Notes: generated from the letters alone by a model not told the origin. A DNA stretch of 64,000 nucleotides from Pelomyxa schiedti (GCA_020536535.1 JAHLWZ010000836.1:1-64000); one strand, 5' to 3'; counted from the stretch's first letter, positions 48,191 to 60,995 are shown. Program-made: numbers and translations.

Positions 48191-51100
48191 ATGTATATTG
48201 CGGAGATCATCGTAGAGGGATTCAAGTCGTATGCTCACAGAACCGTGATTGGCAAGTTTGACCCTCTGTTTAATGCAATTACTGGTCTCAATGGATCTGG
48301 CAAGAGCAACATCTTGGACTCCATTTGCTTCGTGCTGGGGATTTCTCAGCTCTCTCAAGTTTAGTCTTTTTCGCCTCGGGAATATGTTGTGTAGTCTTAG
48401 TTATGACATTACAGGTTCGAGTAGGATCCCTGCAAGAACTGGTGTTTAAGAAGGGGCAAGCAGGAATTACGAAAGCATCTGTGACTATTGTATTTAATAA
48501 CGAAGACAAGAAAACCTCACCTGTTGGCTATGATGAATTCAATTCCATCAGTGTCACCAGACAAGTGGTGATTGGTGGTCGAAACAAGTATCTTATCAAT
48601 GGCTCTCTTGCCCAAGCCGGCAAAGTCCTGGTTCATAGCCACCCTTCATTTCACTCTAACTTCTAACTTTTAACACCTAAGTGCAGAACTTCTTTCAATC
48701 TGTTCAGGTTAGTATGAGATTTTTATCTCTTTCATTGACTTGTGTAGTTGAACGTAAACAACCCCCATTTTCTCATTATGCAAGGACGCATTACCAAGGC
48801 ATCTACAACACTTCACCCCTTTTTCTCATTCTGGCAGGTAATGAACATGAAACCTCTTGAGATCCTTGGGATGATTGAAGAGGCTGCAGGAACGAGAATG
48901 TACGAAACAAAGAAAAAAGCAACTCTTTGTACAATTGAAAAAAAGGAGAGAAAGGTAGAAGAAATCATCAAGGTGTGAGAGAAAAAACCAAGTGCACTAC
49001 TGAACAATGAAGATTCTTCAAGATGAGATCAGTCCTACTCTTGAAAAACTGCGCACTGAGCGTGACGAGTTTTTAGCATACACTGGAAATCAGACGGTTG
49101 TTGACAAGCTAGAGCGAGTCGTTTTGGCCCATGGATATGCCCAATCTCTGGTATGAGATTTCAACATATACAAAAGATTGACTTAGTAGTAGGAAGTTTT
49201 GAAATCGTCAGAAAAGGCGGAAAAGGAAGTAGCTGAAAGAATAGCTCAGCTTCAAGTTTTAAGAATACCAACTTGTTGTATTATTTACATCACCAAAGGA
49301 AACTATATCCTCCCATGAAAAACAAATTCGCGAAAAGAAGAGCAAAATTGCTTCTCTTACTGATAAGCGCGACAAGGTTTCCAGTAACTAAGGGAAATGT
49401 CATCTCAATCCTAACTTAAAATAGGAACATAATTCACTCCTCAAAAATCTGGAAAAAGAATCTGGTTCTGCATCAGAGCTTGTTGTCAAAGCTAATGTAG
49501 CTCTTTCACACAAACAAGAGGCTCTGCAAGCTGCAAAAAAGGCTTATCAATCCACTCTGGAGGAGATAGCTGCACTTACTCGAGCTCTTACTACAAAAAC
49601 ACGAGAGCACAAAATAGCCGACGAATTATTAAAGGGTGCTGATGCTACAACTGCCGGTCTCGTAGAAACTCTTCGTATTGTAGAGGCCCAGTATGAGACA
49701 AAGAGCATTGGTGTTAGTGTTGGTTCCAATGCAAAGTCTACTTCAACAGCAGACCCGTTGATGGGTATGTCTTCAATTAGAAGAGCCAAAATAGTTATTG
49801 TTTTTTCTTTTCAGATGCACGGAAAGCTGTTACTGAAGCAACAACGGAAGTTAAGCAGCTTGAAATGGAAGAAAACCATTTGCAGCAACAGCTAAGAGTG
49901 AGACATCCAAGCTCTTTAGTCTGAATTAAAAACCCACCAGGAAAAAAAGAGGAACAACGAGAAGCCAGCCCAAGAAGAAATAGCTCGGTACAATAAACAA
50001 ATTGACAGACTCAAAGCTGAGCTGGAAGATCTAAAACAACGGCAACTATCAGTTGGGTTTGACCAAGAAAAATTGGATGAACTTGTCAAAAATCACACCA
50101 ATTTACAAAGACGTGCTGCCGAGTTGAAAGATGTAAAGATCTTTTATGTCTCTCCATGTTTACATTGTATCCAGAAAAAAGACCACCCACCTCCATACTT
50201 ATCAAGATTGCAATTCCTGTACAGTAATCCAACACCAAGCTTCGACCATGGGAAGGTCAAGGGACTTGTAGCCAAGTTGATTGATGTACCCGACCCATCT
50301 ACAACAACGGCCGTTGAAACTGTCGCAGGAGGGAGGTTGTACAATGTACGCTTTTTTCCTTTTTACATCAAAACCAAAAACATCTTGAAACAAGGTGGTT
50401 GTTGATTCTGAAAAAACATCATCAGAGCTTATAAAGAACGGCAGACTTCAAGATCGTTACACTTTCATTCCATTGTCCCAGATAAGGGCTTCTAGGCTAC
50501 CCGATCGGGTACCCAAACACTTCAGTTGTTTTCTACTAATCCTACCAGGTTGTGAGCGCTGCTGAATCTGTTGCCGGAAGAGATAATGTTCGACTAGCTT
50601 TGTTTCTCGTTCGATATTCCTCAGAGGTACAGAAAGCTATGGAATATGTCTTTGGTGGAGCCTTTATATGCAAAGGTATGCTCTGTTAGAGATAAAATAC
50701 GGATTGAGAAACCAAACAAGATGACCCATCTGCTAGCAAAGTTGCGTTTTCTCCATCCACTGCAGCAAGGGCAGTTACCTTAGGTGGTGATGTGTATGAC
50801 CCCCGAGGCACACTTACTGGTGTGTATAAACTTCATTTGTTTGACACACTCATTTTCGAAGGTGGCTCGCAACAAAGCGCACATTCCGTTCTCAAAGCAA
50901 TGTGTGAGCTCAACACAGTAAATGAGGAATATGAAGCAGTTACTGGAAATCTAAAAGATGTTTCCATACAGATCACTGGCATTCAGGTTTTTTTTGTTAT
51001 TCCCTTACTTTTTATTTATTAATGAGTAACAGGAAGCTGGCAGACAAACTCGTTCAGTAAAAACGGCGCTTGATCTCAAGCAACACGAACTTGAAATTTT

Positions 51101-53051
51101 AACTGCTCAACTATCCTCCTCACCAGCAGCCCAGGTATTACCATTTTATGTACCGCCATAGTTACCATTTGCAAGGTCATTAAAGAGATTGAAGAGCTTC
51201 AACAGAGGGTTGTGCTGAAACAAGAGGCAATTGCACAAGCAAAAGAGAGACTCGCTAATGCCACCAGGCGGTGTCAAGAGCTACAGGGACAAGAGGGAAC
51301 GCAATCCACTGGTTCATCACGAGACGCTGAGTTGAAGAGATTAGAGGTGACAAATCTGTCTAGAGCTGTTATGACTGTACAAAATACTCACAAGCACAGG
51401 AGCAAATTCGGCAGGCAAAGGCAGCCGTGAAAAAAGATGCTAACCAAAGAAAGGAAAAAAAGCAGACTGCAGAGAAGCTCCGTTTAGAGAAAGGTTATTC
51501 CATTCACAACTGTTGGCCTTTCTACAATTCTTAAAACAGAGGGACTAGAGAAGGAACTAGACATCCAGCAGAACCAACAATTGAAACAACTTGAAGAGCA
51601 AGTCAGGGTAAGTGCTGCAGAGCTCAAAGATGTAGAGGAAACGTATGCTGAGGCCAAGGTAGTACAAGCTGACAAGTATCCTTGACTGCTTCTAATGTTC
51701 CTTAGGTTAAGAGGGATCAAGCTAAGGAAGCAGAGGAAGCAAGAAAAAAAGAGATAGAATCTCAGTCCCATAAAATCACCAAGCTTAATCAGGTCCCCAC
51801 CCAGGCGATACACTTCCCTACCTTGGCTTATCCTTTACAGGAATGTGACGAACTATTCTCTCGAAAAAGTGAAGCAGAAATTGATCTAAAGAAACACGAA
51901 CACTCACGCGAGAAATGTAGCAAAGCCAAAGAGCAGGCCAGCAAGTACATTCGTGAAAAAGAAAAAAGTCACCCTTGGATAAACTCAGACAAACAGTTTT
52001 CATTTGCACATGTTAACTTATTTAACACTACTTAGTAAATTTGGTCAGAAGGGCGATTATGATTTTAGTCATATTGAAGATGATAAAAGGAAGCTAAAGG
52101 AAAAGAAGGCTGAGCAGGAAGAACTATTCAAGAGGGTGCGCAATGGTTTTTCGCCTGGGAATCACTAACAAATAAAAGTTGAACCGTAAAGTGATGACAA
52201 TGTATGAATCGACAGAAGGTACACTCATCCGGAAGTATGGAAATACTCACAGCCCTTCATGAAGAAAAATACCACGACTTGGTAAAAAAAAGAGAGAAAT
52301 TGGAAAAAGATAAGAAATCTATCGAGACCACAATTGCAAATCTCGACTTAAAGAAGAAACAGACTCTGCAAGCCACTTTCAAGAAAGTTGACAAGTAGGA
52401 TATCAACCCCTTACCGTTTGTGATTGCTAAGGCCGTTTTAACAGAGATTTCACCTCTATTTTCTCTTCCCTTCTACCTGGTTCTACTGCAAAGCTGGAGA
52501 AAGTTGGGGATACTATATTTGAGGGGCTGGAAGTTAAAGTGGCATTCAGAAATGTATGGAAGAGTCTTACCGAGTTATCTGGTGGTCAGCGGTAACTCAT
52601 CTTTTTCGTCTTTAATGTGTTTTAACTCGAATTGCAACCACTCAATAGATCACTTCTTGCCTTGTCACTAATCTTGGCTCTTCTGTTATACAAGCCTGCA
52701 CCAATGTATATCCTAGGTTATCCGTCTTCCATATCAATGCACGCCCGGAGTTGTCTAACCTCACTACAATCAGATGAAGTTGACGCTGCTCTCGATCCAA
52801 GTCACACCCAAAACATCGGCAGCATGCTCAAGACCCACTTTGGGCACAGCCAGTTCATAGTGGTGAGCCTCAAAAAGGGCATGTACAACAACGCCAACGT
52901 CGTCTTTGAGGCCAAGTGCATAGACGGAGTCAGCACAGTCAGCCGCAGAACAAACAAAGACGTCGTCGCCACAGGCGCGGACTCTGACGACGAGGACGCC
53001 CAGCCCCACGGTCCCACTTCCAAACGTCCCAGAAAAGGGGGCAGAACATAA
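48191..53051 (+). CDS. SMC2: Condensin subunit SMC2
   Basis: [54 protein letters not shown]|VMNMKP, hinge [26 protein letters not shown]|[29 protein letters not shown]. Confidence 0.97.
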
Positions 53052-53417
53052 AACCAAAGAAACAACGCCCACCCAAAAGCAGCAGCAGGAGCGCTACTTG
53101 CAGCTACACGACCAAGTACAGAAGAAAAACAACAGAATTTGATTTCTTTTTTTTACCTTTGGAAGTGTGAAATTTTCTGCCTGCTGAGTGTGTGGCCTTC
53201 CTGAATACCTCTAATAATTATTATCCACGCTAATGTTGACAACAGAACATCGGAGAAAATATTGCAAAGTCGGCACTGCTTGGCAAGAGTAGCAGTTTTT
53301 TACTGTTCGTAACCGGTGTCGGAGATACTACCAATGAGGAGGTATCTACGAAAGAAAACACCAACCGGAGTAAAAAAAAACCAACTTATTTCTCCTTGCA
53401 GTTGACCGATCAGTTTG

Positions 53418-55040
53418 ATGGCGAGACTGGAGCCAAGCGCCGTTTCGAAGTTTGGTTTGGCATTGGACCTTGACGGTGAGGTTTTTTTTTTAGTGCTTGG
53501 GCAGAAAGTGCCTCCCCTAATTCTGTTGTTTGTCCGTTGGCAGGAGTTCTTCTTAGGGACGGGGTTCCAATGCCAAGAGTGTTGGAGGCTGTGAGGAGGC
53601 TTACAGGACAAAACGGTACGACGTCGCGTGTGCCGCTAGTTTTTGTGAGCAACAATGGGGGGTTACCTGAGCGTGATTATGCTAGTGTTTTGTCATCTAC
53701 ATTGCAGTTTAACGTGAGTGACCAAAGATACTATCTTAATAGTGAAGGGACAGCTGGGATGGGGATAACTTTTTTTTTTTTTTTTTTTTTCGTTTATTAG
53801 ATGATACCTGCTTGGGATTGTTAACATGCAATAACAGGTTCATGAAAATCAAGTTGTACTGTCACACACACCCATGAGAAAACCTGCTGCTGAATTCACC
53901 AACAGAAAGGTGCTTGTTGTGGCTCGAAATGAGGCTGCAACCAAACTTCCTCCAGCCTATGGTTTGACAAAGTTCATTTCTCTGACCGACTTTGCTTGCG
54001 CTCACCCACAGTTGTGGCCTCTGAAGACGTATCCTCCTTTCTTGGCTCACCTAATGGTGCGGTTCCATTTCTTCCACTTGTAGGCTCTGATGAATTAGCC
54101 CAGCTGCCTCTTTGATGAGACACCAGTTGAAGGGATTTTCATTTTTCAAGCACCAGATGATTGGGGAGAGGTTCACACTTCTTTTTCCTTTCCCTAATAA
54201 CGGAATTTAGGCCATCCAAATAATCTGCGACTTAGTTCTTGGCAACGGTAGCATAACAACGGTTGCCTCTATTCTTTGGTAGAAGATTCTAATTTTCACT
54301 GAACCCAGCCACAAGATGTTTCTGGAGTCAAACCGCAGATACCCATTTTTTTGGCAAATCCGGATGTTGTTTATCAAGGGGATCATCATGTACCCCGCTT
54401 TACAGTCGGAGCCTTCCTCATGTGTCTGCGCACAATGTACAAGGTAATACATTGAAACACGTAAATCAATCACTTGTTAAACATACTGCAGTATGCTTCA
54501 GGAAGGGATCTTGAGGTGAAAGTTTATGGCAAACCTGACATATTCACCTATAAATATGTTGAAGAATCTCTTCAACAACAGGTTCCCATTCATAAATAAT
54601 TTTTTTACCACTCCACTACTCCTTACTACTCTCCTTCAATCAGGCTGACACTTTGGGACAGAAATTAGAGGTCATTTACGCCATAGGTTTTCTTTACCAA
54701 AGGAACTTGTATCACTATCAAGTAACCGGCCACATTAGGAGATAACCCATCCTCTGGTATTACCCTCTGTTGAACTGCACATCTGCATTCATAAAAAAAA
54801 AACAGACATCCAAGGGGCTGACAATGCCAGCCTCACTTCCAACTATTCTTGGTTCACAATTCTAACCCGCGGAGGGTGTTTTCACGGTCAAGATAACGAT
54901 CCCCGCTTCCCGGCTAAGGTTCTACGTCTCCCTCTCACCAATCCTACCTAATTCACAAATAGGCTGTTGTAACTGACTTCAGTGATGCCCTTTCCCTTGT
55001 GTTCCAGAGAGAATCTTATTCCCCATCCAAAACAGAATAA
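53418..55040 (+). CDS. HAD-superfamily class IIA hydrolase (CECR5/HDHD5-like)
   Basis: LALDLDG|VLLR, FVSNNGG, SHTP, DWG..Q, FFANPD, RFTVGAF, YGKP, IYA.GDNPS.DI.GA. Confidence 0.85.
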
Positions 55041-55102
55041 ACGGAAAAACATTGGAAACATAGAAAATTTAAAAAACCTACATCACGGGTTTTCTTTTCT
55101 CT

Positions 55103-56022
55103 TCAAACAGTTTTGATGTACTTAGAAACAAAGGTTCGCACACTCTTGGCAAACAGGGAGAGTCTGGCGTGGTTCTTGGGTGGATGTCTGGGGTCTTTTT
55201 CCATTTTGCCAGTTTTGGCTGAAAACCAAGCAAAGTCCACCATCTCCTTCTGATGTCGGGGTATGCCCTGTTTCCGGTTATGCTTGCCCATGGCTTTTTT
55301 GATGGAGTTTCTGAGCTTGAAATAATGAGTGCCAGGCGGCAAGTTCACAATGAAAACCGGGGTCCTCCGGCCATCTACATTCCGCCTCACGAGGATATAG
55401 GGCTTTTCCTTGTTCAATAAGTCCGCAAACCTGAAGCGGTGTGTGGCTTCCGGTTCCCCAACTTTAAACCTGGACAGTTTGAATTCCTCCTTTAATTCAC
55501 GCTTGGCAAGGTTGAACCAGCAAAGCTTTCCTTTCACACGATCACATCGTTCTGCCTTGCCTGCTGCAATATTGTATTCCCCTTTGTATGTCCCTCCACG
55601 TTCCTTTCCTAGCCCCAGCAGAAAGTCTTTTGTAGGAGTAGTAGCAAGCAGGGCAACTCCTGCACCGGCATTTATTTTTGCCTTGGACCGAAGAGCTCTG
55701 CACCACTTATGGGTGCATCCCTTTTCCTTCTTGTGCTTCTTGTCCTTTTTATCCTTTTTGTGCTTGTGCTTGTCCTTGTCCTTGTGCTTTTTGTCCTTCC
55801 TGTCCTTTTCCTTGTCCTTTTTGTCCTTGTCCTTGTGCTTGTGCTTGTGCTTGTGCTTTTTGTCCTTTTTGTCCTTCTTGTCCTTCTTTTTGTTCTTCTT
55901 ATGCTTCTTGTCCTTCTCCTTTTTGTTCTTTTTATCTTTCTTTCCCTTATCGTCCTTATCCTTCTCCACTGTAATTTTTTCACTTACATTGTCCACCTTG
56001 AGCTTCTTTGTCTTGGTTTTGC
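55103..56022 (-). CDS. Lys/His/Asp-rich linker plus Nudix-like hydrolase domain (no ATG of its own; probably the 3' part of the upstream ART gene)
   Basis: GAGV..LGLGKERGG.Y.G.YNIAAGK.E...AKRELKEEFKL (Nudix-box-like REUxEE); the first in-frame Met lies downstream of the box; TACTAACAG acceptor at 56022. Confidence 0.7.
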
Positions 56023-57042
56023 TGTTAGTAACAGGGAAACTAGTAGGAAACCTACTACAGGAGGCAGGACTATTCGGTCCCGTTGCTTTTTATATAAAAT
56101 AAGATATTCAGGAAGGGCTAAACGATCCCTGAAGATGGCATATTCTCTCTGTGGGAAGTTAATGTAGAGAAATGTATTATTGTACCTTTCTTTCATGTGG
56201 ACCCAGTACAGCAGCATCCAAACCAGAAACATGTGGGTGCCTGTGGTGCCTCAGAGAAAAGTTTCTCTTCTTGCCCTTGTTTTTCGTTGATTGGACTAAC
56301 GCAACAGAAGAAGCAAACCAAGATTACGCGAAGTATAAACAGGACCTGTACCCCGAGACGTTTCTTAGCATATCCATCAGCCACAGATACGGACTGTGGA
56401 GAGTAAATAACAATGATTCAGAGAGGACACAGTATACCGGTGCTGTATAAATTGCCTTTCCAACTTTATGCTTTGGGGAGGAAAATTTAACTTTGAAGCC
56501 GTTTTTAATGATGGAGCAGACTGGGCAGCGAGCAGAATTACATACCGGTGGTGACGGGTTTTGGTTTTGTTTCTGTATTACCGTTATAGTCATAGGTGCT
56601 GAGGTCATATACCAGTAAATTACAAATACACCGTGTTCCATGGAACACCCACCTCTTGTGAGCGTGTTCCTTCAATCTTTGGGCACTCTTAATAAATCGC
56701 TCTTTAAGCCTCTGGTTTCTCACCTATTAAGCAAATGCTTCATGTTCAATACGGGTTTGAGGATCATTTTTCAAAAAATTAAGCAGACTAGAGAGTGCGT
56801 TGTACGTTTATTGACTCACCTTGAATACCGCAAGTACTTTCATGTTAGCAGGTGGCCTGTAAGGCCTGTCGTGATGCTTCAATTTTGTACGTCGGCGCCA
56901 TCCACGCTCCAGCTTATTCAGTACCCACTCGAGGTGCCGACCACGAACAAGTGTCAAGTATCTGCAATTTTGTCCCTGTGTATTATATTCGTTTCTCTCT
57001 TTGTGGCGGTTTCATTTTTTGACTTACGGGTGGGTCCGCCAT
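55984..57042 (-). CDS. PARP-like ADP-ribosyltransferase domain (H-Y-E triad)
   Basis: Manual splicing gives WVFHGTRCICNLL|...CNSARCPVCSIIKNGF..VGKAIYTAP|SVSVADGYA..LFILRVIL|G...|REYAIFRDRLALPEYLILY; all introns GT-AG. Confidence 0.8.
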
Positions 57043-57174
57043 GTCGTTTGCCAACCGGTTTTTGTTCTGTTGTGGTTTCTACGAAGTTACCAACTTGGCA
57101 AGGAAAAGGAAGAAAAAAAAACCCGAGCCCGCGCGATGTGTTGTTATTTTTTTTCCACTTTTGTAACTTGGAGG

Positions 57175-58812
57175 TCAAGGGCTCCCTTTGGAGGTGTAGG
57201 ACAAACACCACTCAATGGAGGCGGACATCGGCGGTGTTTTGACACGTGACAGCACTTGCCTGACGTCATCCCGTTTCAGTCCACAGTCTAAAACCAGCCA
57301 TTTGACCACCTCAATCCTATCGCTCTGACAGGTTTCCAGGAGCAGCTGGTTGCCCTTTACTCTGAGGTCGGCATAGACCAGTCCACCACATGAAACCAGC
57401 CACTTTGCTGTTTCAAGTTGCCCATTGCTGCAGGCCTGGGCCAGCGCCTCACAGTGGTTATATCTGGCAAGTTCTGCTGGTGTCTGTCCTATCTTACTGG
57501 CAACCCATTTAGCGGTCTCTATGTCCGCTCTGGCGCAGGATACAACAAAGGAACCTGGCGCGATTGGCATACCACGTGATGTGAGCCACTCTGCAATGTC
57601 CAGGTGCTTCCTTTCACAGCAAAGTTCTAGGGTGTTGGTTCCGATGCAGTGGGTAAACTGGAATTCCCGCTTCGCTGAGGAGAGACCGTAACCTGACAGG
57701 GATTGCCGCATTGGTAGGTCCCACATGTCAACGACCCACTTTAAGAGGTCCAACCTGCCAAACGCACATAGTCCAGGCAGGAGTATATCTACAGCGTAGT
57801 CTTGTCCAACACGAGCGAAAGTTGCACTAAGCCATTCTGCTATATCCCGATGCCCAAGAAGACAGCTCTGGGCAAAACAAGAGTTGATCCTATTTGGCCC
57901 CAGTACAGTTATGGAATATGTTGTGGCGAGCCACTTGACAAGTTTCAAGTTTCCGGATTTGCAGGCGCACTGCAGCGCATCACATTCAAAACAGCAGGCC
58001 TGCTGGCTCGTGAGCGAGAACCTAGTTGCAAGCCACTCTACAAGTTCCATTTTGCCTGTTCCACACGCAAGCCTGAAAGCATAGCACAGCCTATCACAAA
58101 AGTGTTTTGCAGCCAGCCCAAAGGTAGCATCCAGCCACTGTATAGCACCCATATGGCCCCCCATGCAAGCCAACTGCAGTGCCATTGTGACTCCATCTCC
58201 ACTCACAGAACACACCCCAGGCCTGTCCAAGAAACTCTCGTCAATATCATCGGAATCACTTGCGGTGGTAGTAGTATTAGCAGGCGCGGTGGCGGGGTCC
58301 GGTTTCACCATCATGGGACGAGCGAACGTGGACAGCCACCAGCGGGCTCCGGCGACGGAGCCTCGGCTGCAGCACAGCGCGACGGCGCGGGACGTGGGCT
58401 CGCGGCCTATGGCGGGGCACAGGTAGCCCAGCGACTGCAGCGCGGCGTGGAAGGCGGACACGGAGGCGACGTCGCGGAGCAGCAGGGCGCGGGGGCGCCA
58501 TGGCGGCGGCAGGGGGCTGCTGCTGCTCCCGGGGACGGGGCTCGGGGGGTCGCCGCCGCTGCTGCAGTAGCGGAACGCGATCCAGTGCGAGCAGCGGAAG
58601 CACTCGAGGGACGCGCACTCGGCCACGGCGCACAGGGGGCTCCGGCGGCACTGCTCGTCCACAAGGCGCCGCGAGCCCAGAGCCACGAGCGGGAAAAAGG
58701 CCTCGGCCGCGACCACGCAGTCGCGGGAGGACAACAACCGCCATACGTGGCTCCAAACGATGTGGGATAAACGTACAACATTATCACCAACTCCTGTCTT
58801 TTCGGTCGACAT
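57175..58812 (-). CDS. Ankyrin-repeat-like protein, intronless
   Basis: Repeated AC..G.LE..KWL...F units (LACMGGHMGAIQWL, LACGTGKMELVEWL, CACKSGNLKLVKWL, QACSNGQLETAKWL). Confidence 0.8.
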   Translation of the reverse strand: MSTEKTGVGDNVVRLSHIVWSHVWRLLSSRDCVVAAEAFFPLVALGSRRLVDEQCRRSPLCAVAECASLECFRCSHWIAFRYCSSGGDPPSPVPGSSSSPLPPPWRPRALLLRDVASVSAFHAALQSLGYLCPAIGREPTSRAVALCCSRGSVAGARWWLSTFARPMMVKPDPATAPANTTTTASDSDDIDESFLDRPGVCSVSGDGVTMALQLACMGGHMGAIQWLDATFGLAAKHFCDRLCYAFRLACGTGKMELVEWLATRFSLTSQQACCFECDALQCACKSGNLKLVKWLATTYSITVLGPNRINSCFAQSCLLGHRDIAEWLSATFARVGQDYAVDILLPGLCAFGRLDLLKWVVDMWDLPMRQSLSGYGLSSAKREFQFTHCIGTNTLELCCERKHLDIAEWLTSRGMPIAPGSFVVSCARADIETAKWVASKIGQTPAELARYNHCEALAQACSNGQLETAKWLVSCGGLVYADLRVKGNQLLLETCQSDRIEVVKWLVLDCGLKRDDVRQVLSRVKTPPMSASIEWCLSYTSKGSP

Positions 58813-58913
58813 CGTGTTCCCGTAAAAAGAGTCTCTTGTTAAATCTCAAAGAAAGAAAGGGCTCCGCGTTTACTTGTTTGAGTGGAAAAAGTGGCTGGAC
58901 AAGTCGAGGGTAA

Positions 58914-60525
58914 TTACCTGCCATGCTTTTTCTTTGAGGAATGGCTTGCGGTAGGTGTTTTTGTCGTTGCTTTTGTGAACGCACTCAAGTTCTGTTGCAA
59001 CAGCAAAGCGAGCTTCTGCATTGACTCCCTGTGTCCTGCGTCAGCGGCCCTCCGGTAAAGCGAGAATGCCATATCCAAGTCTATGAGCCCTTGTGCGCCA
59101 AACTCTAGGGACGATGCAACCCTGAATATGGAGACCACATGACCCCTTCCAATGACTTCCTGATAAAGAGAGTTGGCTTTGCTGATGTCTGCAGACACAC
59201 CCAGACCATTTTCATAGCACAACGCCAGCAGGACCCTTGCCTCACATGAGGATGTTTCTGCTGCAGCCTTCATAATAGGCTCGGAACCATTGTAGCCGCG
59301 AGCACACCCCATCAAGACACTGCATCCATATGTAAGAATTGCTTGAGTATTGCCCTTCTCGTAGGCACTTCGGATGAGCGAAACGGTGAAGTTCATATCA
59401 ACGGGTACACCTGTTCCTCGGCAGTAGCATGTACCAAGCTCGAACATGGCGTCACTATTTCCGGCATCAACTGCCCTCTTCAGGAGGGGAATTGCTTTAT
59501 TGTAGTCCACAGCAACCCCTTTGCCATCTATGTAATACTGAGCAAGTTTGCACATTGAAGGCGCATGTCCTTTCATTACAGCTCTCTCCGCAAGTGAAAC
59601 AGCTTTAGCTGGGTCTTTGGGAACGCCATCACCACTCATATAGGCATCGGCCAGGCTATTCATGGCAGCCGCGTAGCCACCGTCAACCGATCGCTGGAAA
59701 AGCTCAATTGCCTTCGTGATATCTCTCTCGGTCCCACTTCCAGTTGAAAGTAAGCTGCCCATGAGATATAAGGCCTTCGGGTCGCCGGCTTCAACGCCCT
59801 TTTGAATAAGTGCGAGACCTTTGGCGATGTCCTCAGGTACTCCTTTCCCAATTATATAGAGGTGACCGAGATTCAGCTCAGCACGCCATACAACTTCTGG
59901 CTCATTTGTACCAGCAGCTTTCTGGAATAGAGAAATAGCCGTATTAGTATCAAGTGGAACGCCATGGCCATGGAGATAAAGACATCCAAGATTAAGATAC
60001 GCCCCTGGCCATCCAAGATCAGCTGCTCTCTGTAGAAAACGAACCCCAGTGTCTAGATTTTTCACAACGCCACAACCCGTCATATAGCAGTCCCCAAGGG
60101 TGAAGAGTGCTTCTGCATGTCCGGCATCTGAAGCCCTCTGAAGGTAAGGAATCGCTAGCGGGGGATCTTTCTTGACACACTCCCCAAACAAATAGCAGTT
60201 GGCCAGCTTGAGCATTGCCTTCACACTGCCGGCGTCTATTGCCTTGTTGTAGTACTGAATGGCCTTGATGGGATCTGGATCTGTGCCCTGGCCCCTCCTG
60301 TAGTATTCCGCAACAGTAAGCAGCATCTCGTGATCGCCAGACCCATCAGCCAAATCCGTGAATATAGCAAATCCCCTGGGTTCGTTATGTCCAGCGTTGA
60401 AACAGAAATCCAATTTCATCGTTCCACCCCTAGCTCTTTCTCGCCAAATATCGTCAAGATCCAGATCCATTTCACTAGGAAACAGGTAGGTTAAGCACGA
60501 GAAAGATGTGCGATACATACGCCAT
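58914..60525 (-). CDS. Sel1-like repeat protein, paralog 2
   Basis: Colinear with 2895-4448 (RGQGTDPDPIKAIQY, PEVVWRAE.NL, C-terminal TASHSSKK); 5-nt first exon ATGGC plus a 46-nt intron (60475-60520). Confidence 0.9.
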
Positions 60526-60892
60526 CACTTCTTGCCTTGATTTGTTTTGCCTCACGTCTGCTACACGGGGTATTTTAAAGTTTTTTGAGGATCTCACGGT
60601 TTCTTTTTTTGACAGTAAAAGGCAGGGGAGTGGCGCCATCGTGTCATAACTAAAAGGGTTATTTCGAAGAACTAAAGAAAGGGATTAATTCTTGGGGAAC
60701 CATTGCAAACAATGGCTCCACGTTGTCCAAACGCAATGAGCCTCTGTTTTTGGGCACAATACAAGAAGGACAGCTTCGACTTGGGTGGTACAAACAACCA
60801 GGAATCCAACCACAAAGAGTGTCCTGCCACGAAACAGGCTCCCGTGTCTCCGTGGCAAACTTCTCAGACAAAGTTTCACCGAAGCCTTAGTT

Positions 60893-60970
60893 GAATAAAA
60901 TAATCAACAGGCACTGTCATTACGTTATCCTCGCTCAGGATCGGCGGTCTGGTGTTTTTTTTATTCCGCC
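60893..60970. repeat. Dispersed palindromic ~78-bp element
   Basis: GAATAAAATAATCAA...CGTTATCCTCGCTCAGGATCGGCGGTCTGGTG-TTTTTTTTATTCCGCC; homologous to 42312-42392. Confidence 0.8.
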
Positions 60971-60995
60971 AATTGTGGCTTTTTACCGTAACACC

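Noticed and set aside
51676-51705. U12-type intron (GTATCCTT donor) in SMC2
   Set aside because: Using it leads to an early stop; the upstream GT at 51659 gives an in-frame 47-nt ordinary intron that contains the motif.
53268-53278. U4-like AGTCGGCACTG
   Set aside because: No partner stem, no adjacent Sm site and no U6-pairing segments.
55103-55700. Giant-virus origin of the Nudix domain
   Set aside because: It resembles my recollection of NCLDV Nudix proteins, but no viral hallmark genes are nearby and it cannot be supported without a phylogeny.
55969-55987. 19-nt mini-intron GTAAGT...TTACAG
   Set aside because: Removing it does not place either upstream frame into the Nudix frame; it reads through in frame as VSEKIT.
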